Assembly: GCA_043228905.1 (NCBI GenBank)
Contig: JBHGNT010000016.1
Location: forward strand, 4,774,001-4,838,000
Reading direction: 5' to 3'
Length of the DNA stretch: 64,000 nucleotides
Source: Azolla caroliniana
Taxonomy: Eukaryota; Plantae; Polypodiophyta
Part shown: positions 30,349-40,994 of the stretch, piece by piece
Layout: the number at the start of each line of letters is the position of its first letter
Position numbering within the stretch: the first letter of the stretch is position 1
Program-made: the position numbers and the translations under genes
The notes under the pieces: generated by a model
Databases searched by the model: none
What the model was told of the DNA's origin: nothing
Seen by the model: only the letters and a program-made list of their open reading frames with translations

Positions 30349-33300
30349 TTATTCCCCGCCCATCGGTTCTTCTTCGGTTTCGGATCGATTGTCGTCCCGG
30401 TCCAGGTTATCCGGATCCGGCTCGTCGTCGTGACGCTTCTTGAACGCTTTGATCCGCTTCCCAGCTACCGGTATCGCCATTCTCGTGCCGTCGAGTTCCG
30501 CCAGATGGTACGTCCCGTTGTCGTTGGCGCTTTGTACCACGTAAGGCCCGAACCACCTTCTCGCGAACTTCCGTGTCGCTCGGTGCTGGTTGTCGAGGCT
30601 GCTGTCGTAGACTAGCACCCAGTCGCCTTCCTTGATCTTCTTCGGTCGGAGCCGGTGCGTCCGGTCGAACCGGGCTTTGTTCCTCGCCCTTGCCACCCGA
30701 AGCTTTTCCGCAGCCTGCTCCACGTCCTCCGGTCTTCGCTCGAGCTGTCGTATGCGCGCCGTCAACAGTTCCTCCCGGCTCATCTCGTCTCTCCAGTCCA
30801 CGGTTGCCCATGAGGAGATCGTACGTTCCATCGGCATGATCGGCTTCTGCCCAAACATGAGCTCTGCCGGCATGAATCCGGTTACCGAACTGTGCGTAGT
30901 TCGGTCCGCCCACAACGCGTAAGGCAACAGTCGCGGCCAGTTCCCGACTTGACCTCCGCATGCCCGAACTAACGCCTTGACGATCGGTCCGTGTCCGCGC
31001 TCCACCTTCCCATTCGCCTCCGGATTGTACGCAGTGGTAAGCGAGAGCTTGACTCCTAGCCGGTCGAACAGCTCCTCGGCCTCTTCGGCGTCCAACTCCC
31101 CGCGATCAGCCACGATCTTCCCGACGCACCTGTACCGGCATATCACATCCTCGATTAGGAACCGACATACGGCCGCGGTCGTTTTGTTCTGAAGGGCTCG
31201 GCCTTCTACCTGGTTCGTCAGATCTTCCCGAGCCAGGACCAGATACCGCATCTGTCCTACTCCCATCGGCATCGTCACCAGGTCTACCATCCATTTGAAG
31301 TGGATGGTCAGAGGGTACGTAGGGTGAAGCTCGTCCCGATGTCGGACTACGGAGTGCATCTGATAGCTCTCGCAAGTTGTCACGAACCGATGCACGTCCC
31401 GGTACAGTCCCGGCCACCAGTACTTCCCCTTTATCTTCTCGACCGTGGCCCACGTTCCACGGTGAGCAGCCCAAGGGCTGTCGTGGTAAGCCGTCAGCAG
31501 CTCCTCCTGATCTTCCTTCATCGCCACCACCCGGAGCGGGACGCCGTTCCTCTTCTTAGGGAGCTTCCATAAGTATCCGTCCCGGAGAAAGAATCGGTAA
31601 GCTTTCTTCCGGATCCGGTTGGCCTCGTCCTTCGTCCATGACGCATCCGGCGTCATTGTCCTCAAAAATTCACCGATCTAGAGCCACTCGCCGTCGTACT
31701 TGCTCTCGTCGAAGTCGTTAAGTGCCGGAGTGCTCGTCCCATCGGTCGTCACGTACGCCGCCTCGAAGAAGTCCACGCCGACTTCTTCGTCCTCCGAAAC
31801 CATGCCGCCCTCGTCATCAAACCTCGCCCTCGAAAGCATGTCGGCCATGGCATTGTCCTTTCCGGAAATGTGCCGTATTTCCGGATCCAGGGACTTGATG
31901 TACGATATCCACCTGAGCATCGCCAGGTCTGGTGTCACGCATCCGGAAACCATGCCGAGAATTGGCAGGCAATCCATCTCGATAATCACTTTTGTCCCGA
32001 TCAGGTAGTCTTTGTCGGCCTTTACCGCCGAAACGATACCCCAGAGTTCGTGTTTAACCTGGGCGTACCCTCGTTGTCGCTCACTGAGGACCTTCGCGCC
32101 GAATCGGATCGAGAACTGAATGCCGTCCTCGTCTTCTTGGTTGACGACCCATCCGATCCCGGTCGGACTCGTATCCACCGTTATGTATACCGGGGTACCC
32201 TTCTCGTAGACAGCCTTCCGGAGCGCCGGTGCTACCGCAAGAGCTTTCTTTAGCTTCCAGACCGACTCCGTGTGCTCGTCTCGCCACTCGAATTTTCGCC
32301 CCTTTTTCAGCAACCCGTATAGCGGCTCCGCAACGTGGGCGTAATGCGGGATCCATATGTGGTAGAACGCGCATGCCCCCAGGAACCTCCGAGCTACAGT
32401 CGGCCTTCATCGCAGAGATGGCTTCTACCTTTGCCGGAGACGGCTTCCGGCCATATGGTCCACATAGGTGTCCGACCACCAGGATTTCTGATTGCCCGAA
32501 GGCCGATTTCTCCCCGGAGAAGGTGAGCCTCGCATCCTCTAGCCTTTGTAGCACCTTCTCGCAGTCGTCGATGTGTGCTGCCACGAATCGCCGGCATCCG
32601 TCCGGTCCAAGTGTTGCGTCCTTCTCTTCCATCGGGCACCCCTTGATCGGGATGTCGTCTAGAAATGGCATGGTGATGTCAGGGATGCAATCCCTCAGTA
32701 CCTTGTTCATTGCATTCACCATGTGGGCCACCGAGTTGGTCCCTCCTTGTGGCAGGGTACACATTCGCACTAGGCCGAGGGGAGTTCGCATCGTCGTAAT
32801 GTCTCTGCTCTCCACGGCTAGCTGGAACTGGTCATACCCCGAGTATAGATCACCGACCGACTAAATCGACCTTCCGGCGAAGGCCTCCGCGAACTTGTCT
32901 ATGGTCGGTCCGATTCCTGCGTTCCGAATGGTCACTCTGTTGACCGGCTGCAGGTCTTGAATGAAGCGCATCGTTCCGTTTTTCTTTGGTACGGTAAACC
33001 ATCGGTTCGAGTATGGGGCACTCGACGGTTCGAGAATGCCCATATCTACTTTCTGCCTCAATAGCTCCATCAACTTCGGGATGTGAGCTCTCGGTACCGG
33101 AATCGGCTTGAGATTCCACGGCACGTGCGGTACCGTGAATATTACCATCGGCTCCACGATCGTCGAGTCTACGCACCCGATCTCTTCCGGTGAGAATGCG
33201 AAGGCTTTCCCGTGCCTTCCGAGCATTCTCCGAAACCGGTCTTCCTCCGCCGGTAGTAGGAACCCGCCCCCACCGATCTTGAGCTCCCGGAGCGTCCCGT

Positions 33301-33841
33301 CGGTGAAGGTGTGTCCTATGCAGGCCGGATCTCGTAAACTGGGGTCCGACGCCACCCCTCTGATTCGGGACTCCCTGCCCTCCGATAAGGGTGCCGCGAC
33401 CGGCCTTACCTTCCGGTCCACAGTCTTGTACTTCGTGCTAACTCGGGCCATCCGATCCGACTCGAGCCCCTGACTGAAGTCCGCGATGACTTTGTACATC
33501 TCTTCGGAACATACCGGTATCGTCCGGTCTTCGTTAAGGTCTTCTCCGGCTACCTTCCTCAGCATCCCCAAGGTGTCGTCGAAGGAGACCGCCTCCACGG
33601 CTCCGCTGATTTCCTCGTCCGGGCCAAGAACTCCGCACGCTCGAAGTTGCTCCTCCGCCCTTGCCTTTTCTCGGCCAACGATGCCGACCATTACACACCC
33701 TCCGTCGTTGGAGAAGCAAAATTTCCTACCTATCGTACAAGGTATCTTCGATTTCGGTTCTATCGTACAGCTATGGGGTCTTTCCCGAGTGTCTGGGCTG
33801 TCTCGGCCCCACGCCGCCTCGGCAGCCCTCTCTAAAAATCC
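30349..33841 (-). pseudogene. Gypsy C RT-RNase H-integrase, starting in the -1 frame relative to Gag-Pro
   Basis: LPQGGTNS, PFLDD, ITVDTS, ELWGI, ADMLSR, IVADRGE, YNPEANGKVER, WFGPY; a few stops/frameshifts. Confidence 0.92.
33773..33841 (-). promoter_or_regulatory. Predicted -1 ribosomal frameshift signal, Gypsy C
   Basis: G GAT TTT (33841-35) directly followed by TAG; spacer TAGAGA; stems GGGCTG/CAGCCC and GTGGGG/CCCCAT. Confidence 0.75.
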
Positions 33842-35958
33842 TCCCGGTTCTCGCCACCGAGGGATTCTCGGTTTCGCTCGTGGTTCGGCCGCACCGTTAG
33901 AAATTGGACCGAATGGCGCCCGTCCTGGCTTTTGACCCTCGCGTAGGCCGAACCGTTGTCCAGCACTTTGGTCTCCATTCTCGCCACCGTGATGTATGGT
34001 TCCCCTAAAATGACCGGATGCGAGGACGTCTCCTGTACGAAGAAGTACTGGTCAATCTCGACGTCGCCGATCTTGACTCGCACATTCGGGCAGGCCCCGT
34101 GCAGTTCCTCGGTGGCGCGCGTCGCCGCCCGTATCTTCCACCTGTGCTTGGTGTTGATCGGCCACTTCCCCTTTTTATAGAAGTCCATGGACATCAGGTT
34201 TATTTCCAAACCGTGGTCCACCAACGCCACCACCGGTTCCTGAACATCTCCGATCTTTACCGGTGTCTCCGTGGTCGCTCGGGCCCAGTGCGGCCTTGAA
34301 TAGTGGCTCTCCGCCCACTCATCTTCCAGCGCCATGTCGTCGATGTGCGTCGTCCGCACCTCCACCGGTCTTTCCGGTTCCGTCTCCGTCGACAGCCTCT
34401 TCCGTTTCACCAGGTCCACAATGGAGTCGTGGAACTCCTTCTTGGCGATCCCTAGCACCTCTCGCAATGACAGCTCCACTTTGTTGTCGAGGATCCGTTC
34501 TTCTAGGACCTTTCGTAGGTCCGTAGTCCTTTCTATTTCCGTCCCTAGTCGGTATCCACCCTTCCTGGGGTTATCTTGCGAACTGGACCTGCCGACATCG
34601 TTCCGTCGTTGCCCGAATCGGGTCTCATACCGTTGTGAGGGCCCGGCCGCTCCGGCTTTCCCCACTCGTTTGTCTTCTACCAAAGCCTCGTAGTTCCGGC
34701 AGGCGGCTTCTACGAAGCACGTCTTCTCCTCGACCGGATCGCTCCACTCGGTTATTTCCCGGACCCGTCTCTCAGCGCGGTCCGTTTCATCTTTCCTTAG
34801 TCGTGCACCGGCAAGACCTTCCAGCATTGCCGACCAGAATCCGTCTTTGCCCTCCTTTCAGGCCTCGTTGCCCCCGACCCGAATGCCGGCCGACGCCGAA
34901 TAGTGGACGGCCTCCACGTGTCGGGCCGCTGCCTCTTCCATCAGTCTCTTCATTCCTCCTCACCCGTCGTTTCGGTTTAGGGCCCTTCTGGTGTCGCCGG
35001 CGTGCACCCGGCCTTCCCACAGGTACACCACCCGGTTCCTCAACACTTCTGCGAAATCACCGCAGTCCTTCCGGATGTGGCCGACCTCGTCGCACCACAT
35101 GCACCTGTTCCTCGCTACTGGTCGTCGGTCACGAGCCGGTTCACCGCCTTCCCTTCGAGTCTGGGCGATCAGGAGATCCTTTATCGCCCGCGTCAACTCC
35201 TCCAGCGCTGCTCCTCCGGACGAGCCACTGACCATGCCGGTCGAAGCCGGACCGGTCTCGAGACATTCCCGAGTTTCTTCCCTTCGCCCTTGCGGTGCCG
35301 GTTCAAGCCTCCTTGCTGTGACAGAGCCCGCACCAGCCGCCCCGTTGTCAGCCCATTCTCGCCGTTTGTCGAAACGGCCACAGACTCTCTTAACCGCAGC
35401 CCAGTCGGTCGTCAACCCATCTTCGGTTTCCAGCAAGGAGCCGACTTGATCCCGGTCCCGCTCGTCCACCGACTTGACGAACAGTAGGACCCGGCTCGTA
35501 TCCAGAACGGTTCGGTCAAGCGCCGAAAGGCGCGCAAAGCATTCTTCGAACTCCCGGAGAAGTGCCGACGCATTTCTTCCCTTGCCGGGGGACTCCACCC
35601 ACTCCATGAAGTCCCGTTTCGAAAGCCGGAGCGCGTCGTCCAGCCCGTATTTTTCTAGGAGTCGGCCTTCGAACTCCTCCCAGGTAGGGCTCTCCGCCCG
35701 CACCTCGAGCACCTCCGCATGGATGCTTGGCATCACCACTCAAGGAAACCCGGCAAGACGCCTCTCTTCCGAAATGTCCCGCATCAGCATTTCTGCCCCG
35801 TAGGACGCCAAATACTTCGTGGCATCCTTTCCACTGAACCGGCCGATCATACCGACGACCACCTCAATGGCTCTGTCGAGGGCATCGGTGCCCTCGCATG
35901 CGCTCAATATCCGATCCACGGCCGAAGCCATGGCCTCCGCAAGATCCGACCCCTTCAT
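33832..35958 (-). pseudogene. Gypsy C Gag-protease ORF (single frame with three internal TGA stops)
   Basis: ORFs 35740-, 34960- and 33832- share one frame; CCHC CMWCDEVGHIRKDC; protease ALVDHGLEINLM...VILGEP. Confidence 0.88.
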
Positions 35959-38900
35959 CTTCTGCTCTTCTACCGCCTCTTTCACGTCGCGTTCACCAAG
36001 ATGTCGAGGTATTCCTCGCAGATGCGTGGAACGAGGCGGGACCTCGGGGGTCTTGTACCGAAGAGCAAGAGAGAAAGGGAGAGGGGAAGAGACCCACAAG
36101 GTGCGAACGTAGATTCACAGGGACACGGCCCTTCGACACCGAGACGCGAGTGCGACAGCGATACAGAGAGACACGAACGTATGTAAATATATATTTTAAC
36201 AAACAAACAACAAGAAGCACGACGTCTGTTACAACCGAATAGGCCGGCGGACAGATGTCGATGCCTGTTCATAAACGCACAGAAAGGAAAGAGTAGGTTG
36301 GAGGTGCTGCCGGAAGCACTCGGGCATTCCTCAGAGCAGCGCGAGCCTCCCGAAAACCTGCACAGAAAGCAGCCACGGAGTTTGCGAGCCAGAGAGAGAG
36401 AGAAGCCTTCGCCTACAAACCGACAGCACTTCGTCCTCGACTCTCCGCGATCCTTCGCCCCTCCTCGTCTCCCTCCTTTTATAGGCAAGGAAGGAGCCAT
36501 TTCCCCTTTACTTCCTACCTACCGAATCTACCTGCCTAGGATCTCCTATGTACAACATAAGGCGCACGTGCATGAAGAGCCGGTTCCTACGCTCCGGTGC
36601 ACCGATTCCGCTTGTGGACGGTTTTCTTCACGACACCGTTACAACAATGAACAACCAACCTTTACAAAAGGTTACAAAGTCACTTTATATAGTGACTCAC
36701 TTAGGGCAACTGCCCTTTATGTTATTTACAGAAATAGCCCGAACTTGGGCTCTCTAGGAGGATAGTGTGAATACGTCCATTATACATTTGTATTCGACAC
36801 TTACCCTTGAGCTTCTCGAATTCGGCCCACGTCCCGCAGTGTCCGGCCCAGGGACTCTCGTGATATGCCGCCAGCAATTCCCCCTGGTTTTCTTTCCTCG
36901 CCACCACTCGGAGCGGAATGTCGTTTCTCTTCTTTGGGTGTTTTCATATACACCCGTCGCGTAGGAAGAATCGGTACGCCTTCTTCCGAATCCGGTTGGT
37001 CTCTTCCTTCGTCCACACCGCGTCCAGTGTCATTGTCTTCAAGAAACTGCCGATCTGGAGCCACTCCCCTTCGTACTTGCTCTTGTCGAATTTGTTAAGC
37101 GCCGGAGTGCTCCCCTTCGTTGTTGTTACATAAGCCACCTCGAAGAAGTCTACGCCGACTTCCTCGTTCTCCGAAACCATGCCGTCCTCGTTATCGAACC
37201 TCGCCCTTGAGAGCATGTCGGCCACGGCGTTGTCTTTGCCGGAAATGTGTCGTATTTCCGGATTCAGGGACTTGATGTACGTTATCCACCAGAGCATTGC
37301 CAGGTCCGGCGTTGCGCATCCGGAGACCATGCCGAGAATCGGCAGGCAGTCCATCTCGATTATCACCTCCGTCCCGATCAGGTAGTCTTTGTCGGCATTG
37401 ACTGCCGAAATGATACCCCAAAGCTCGTGTTTAACCTAGGCGTATCCCCGCTGTCACTCACTGAGGACTTTCACGCCGAACCGGATGGGGGACCACGTGC
37501 CATTCTCATCCTCTTGGTTGATCACCCATCCGATTCCTGTCGAGCTCGTGTCCACGGTCACGTAAATCTGAATGTCTTTGCCGTAGACAACTCTTCGGAG
37601 AACCGGTGCCGCTGCAAGCGCTTCCTTCATCTTTCGAATTGACTCTTTATGCTCCTCTCTCCACTCGAATTTACGCGCTTTCTTCAGCAATCCATAGAGC
37701 GGTGAATCCATATGTGGTAGAACGCGCATGCTCCCAAGAATCTCCGGACTTCCGTGACCGAGTTGCAGTCCTGCCTCATCGTAGAGATGGCTTCTACCTT
37801 TGCTGGTGACGGCTTCCGGTTGTACGGTCCGCATAGGTGTCTGACGACCATGATCTTCGATTGCCTGAAGGCCGATTTTTCCCCAGAGAAGGTTAGCCTC
37901 GCTCCCTCTAGTCTCTGCAGCACCTTTTCATAGTCATCGCTCGCCATGAATTTCCGGCATCCGTTAGGACCGATTGTCTCGTCCTTATCTTCCACCAGGC
38001 ATCCCTTGATCGGGATGTCGTCTAAGAATGGCATGGTGATGTTTGCGATACAATCCCTTAACACCTTGTTCATTGCGTTCACCTTGTGGGCCACCGAGTT
38101 CGTCCCTCCTTGCGGAAGGGTACACATTCGCACTAGGCCGAGGGGAGTCCGCATCGTCGTGATGTCCCTGCTCTTTGCGGCTAGTTGGAACTGGTTGTAC
38201 CCCGAGTACAAATCACCGACCGAGTAGATTGACCTCCCTGCAAAGGCCTCCGCGAACTCATCAATGGTCGGCCCGATACCTACGTTTCGAATGGTCACCT
38301 TGTTGACCAGCCGCAGGTCTTGTACGAAGCGCAACATGTCGTTCTTCTTTGGCACGGTAAACCACCGACTTGAATATGGTCACCTTGTTCGAGGATGCCC
38401 ATCTCCACCTTCTGTTTCAGTCGCTCCATCAACTTCGGGATGTGGGCTCTAGGTACCGGAATCAGTTTGAGATTCCATGGTACATGCGGTACCGTGAAGA
38501 TCACCATTGGTTCTACGATCGTCGGGTCTACGCACCCGATCTCCTTCGGCGAGAATGCGAAGGCTTTCCCGTGCCTTCCGAGCATTCTCCGAAACCGGTC
38601 ATCCTCAACCGGTAGTAGAAACCCACCCCCACCAACCTTGAGCTCCCGTAGCATTATGTTGCTGAACCGGTGTCCTATGTCGGCCGGATTCCGTAAACTT
38701 GGGTCCAACGTGACCCCCTTTATACGCTTCTCGCTGCCCTCCGGCAAGGGTGCCGCGACGGGCCTCACCTTTCGGTCCACAATCTTGTACTTCGTACTCA
38801 CGTAGGCCGTCTGATCCGACCTGATCCTTTCCCCAAAGTCCGCGATGACTTCGTACATTCCCATTGAGCTGACCAGAATCATCTGGTCTTCGCTAAGGCC

Positions 38901-39099
38901 CTCATCGACTACGCCACACAACTCTCCCAAGGTGTCGTCAAACGAGACCGCCTCCACGGCGCCGCTAATCTCTTCATTGGGGTGGAGAGCTCCGCATGAC
39001 CTAAGCCGCTCCTCCACCTTCTTCTTCTCCCTGCTACTGATGCCAGTTAATGTACAACCTCCGTTGTCGAAGAGCCATAATTTCCTACCTATGGTACAG

Positions 39100-39167
39100 G
39101 TGTGGGGATTCTCCAGGGCGTCCCGACTATCGCGGCCCCACACCTGGATAACCCTCTCTAAAAATCC
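39100..39167 (-). promoter_or_regulatory. Predicted -1 ribosomal frameshift signal, Gypsy B
   Basis: G GAT TTT (39167-61) directly followed by TAG; same spacer; stems GGTTATC/GATAGTC and GTGTGGGG/CCCCACAC. Confidence 0.75.
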
Positions 39168-40363
39168 CCTTGGTTGTCGCCGCCGAGAGTCTCATGGTTC
39201 CGCTCATGATTCGGCCTTACGGTCAGGAATTAGACGGAGTGTCATCCGTCTTGACTCTTCACGGGCGCGTACGCCGAACCATTGTCGAGTACCTTTGTTT
39301 CCATGCGTGCTGCCGTTATGTACGACTCGCCAAGTATCACTAGGTGTGAAGACATCTCCTGCACAAAGAAGTGTTGATCTATCTCGGCGTCGCCGATCTT
39401 TACGCGCACGTTCGGGCACGCCCCGTGCAGCTCCTCCATAGCGCGGGTCGCCGCGCGTATCTTCCAGCCGTGTTTGGTGTTGATCGGCCACCTTCCCTTT
39501 TTGTAAAAGTCCATGGACATCATATTGATCTCAGACCCATGGTCTATTAGTGCCACTACCGGTTCTTGCATATCTCCGATCCGGATAGGAGTCTCGGTAG
39601 TGGCTCTGGCCCAGTGTAGCTTTGAAAAATGGCTTTCCGCCAACTCGTCTTCCAGGGCCTCATCCTCTAGGTGCGTAGTCCGCACCTCTACAGGCTTCTC
39701 CGGTTTCGGTTCCATGGAGAGCCGCTTGCGCTTCACCAGGTCCACAATGGAGTGTGGAACTCCTTTGCGATCCCAAGCACCTCCCTCAACGACAGCTCCA
39801 CATTGTTGTCGAGGATCCGCTCTTCGACGACCTTCCGTAGGTCCGTGGTTCTCTCTATCTCGGTGCTCAACCGGTACCCGGTAGGCTTGTCCTTGTCCTA
39901 TATGCCAGAATTGCCGGCGTCACCCTTCTTCGGGCCGAACCGGATGTCGTACCGTTGCGGGGGACCGGCCCCTCCAGCCTTTCCCGCGCGCTTAGTCGTC
40001 GAACCCATACTTTTCGAGGAGCCACTACCCGAAAACCTCCCACGTCTGGCATCCGGCCAGCACCTCGAGCACCTCTGCATGGATGCTCGGTGTCACCACT
40101 CGAGGGAATCCAGACAACCACCTATCTTCATAGATGTCTCTCATGATCATCTCGGCCCGATAGGCCTCCAAAAAGCTCGTGGCATTCTTACCACCAAATC
40201 GGCCTATGGTGCCGACGATCAATTCTATGGCCCTGTCGAGGGTACCTGTTCCCTCACGAGTGCTCACTAGCCGGTCAATGGCTACTGCCATAGCTTTAGC
40301 AAGCTCAAATCCCCTCATCTTCAACTCCTTTGGCACCTCCTTCATATCGGGTTCACCAAATTA

Positions 40364-40994
40364 TGTCGTGTTACTACGCTTTCGCGGGTGAAAGGAGACG
40401 GGACCGCGGGGGCCCTGAACCAAGGAGCGTGAGAGAGGAGAGAGAGAGAGAGAGAAAGAAAGAAAATAGAACAATTTGATTATAACACCAATAACGATTA
40501 CAACTGGCACACCGGCAATGGACCCAACACAGGAGTCCACACACACACACACACACGGATGTCACACGCCAAACACAGAAACACGAAGGGAGAGCCTCTG
40601 CTGGAAGCGCACGGGCTATCCACGAAGCAGAGGCGACGATCTCCAAAACCCACAGAGAATGACAACCGAAGGAGGAGAGAGACCTCAGTGCACGGTCCGA
40701 CAGCACTTCGTCCTCACTAACGCCTGATAAACTATTCTTCCTTCTCTTCTTCCTTATATAGGTCGTTGGGGTGAGACTGTTCTCCTTCAGTCACAGTCAC
40801 ATTACTTTATTCTCTGTCCCTTCGGACAGAGATACGCATCGATTTCCTAATAAATATGTCACACCTAGTATATTTACATCAGCCACCCTACACATAATTA
40901 TGTACAAGTTAACAATTCACATGCCCACACATGGAAGGGCCAGTTCGTGCACGGTTTCTCTCGTTTCCTCCTAGGGACGGTTTTCTCCACGACA
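40364..40994 (-). repeat. Gypsy B 5' LTR
   Basis: Adjacent to PBS; followed on + by TSD ACGA. Confidence 0.93.

Larger units (their letters stand above)
29642..36635 (-). mobile_element. Ty3/Gypsy LTR retrotransposon C, full length, ~7.0 kb, related to B
   Basis: 634-bp LTRs 29642-30275 and 36002-36635; 4-bp TSD CCGT; PBS 35981-98; PPT 30276-90. Confidence 0.96.
24260..36799 (-). mobile_element. Ty1/Copia LTR retrotransposon D (Tnt1-like); 5' LTR split by Gypsy C
   Basis: 3' LTR 24260-24582; 5' LTR 29480-29641 + 36640-36799; TSD CTTAC (24255-59, 36800-04); PBS TGGTATCAGAGC on minus 29466-77. Confidence 0.96.
22441..40994 (-). mobile_element. Ty3/Gypsy LTR retrotransposon B (no chromodomain seen); interrupted at 24260-36799; gag partly deleted
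   Basis: LTRs 22441-23109 and 40364-40994 (TGTCG...CGACA); 4-bp TSD ACGA; PBS 40341-58; PPT at 23110; order gag-PR-RT-RH-IN. Confidence 0.95.

Noticed and set aside
34860-35742. In-frame TGA stops in Gypsy C gag as programmed readthrough
   Set aside because: Consistent with CGA>TGA CpG decay; B has Arg (FPRVV) at the one comparable site
29938-35803. Many long plus-strand ORFs antisense to Gypsy C (also within B and D)
   Set aside because: Expected shadow ORFs of GC-rich coding sequence; no recognisable domain; no env-like or extra ORF is supported
35959-36099. Gag ORF apparently starting inside the 5' LTR and crossing the PBS
   Set aside because: The start is TTG, the first ATG is at 35958, and B has a stop at the LTR edge, so it is not conserved
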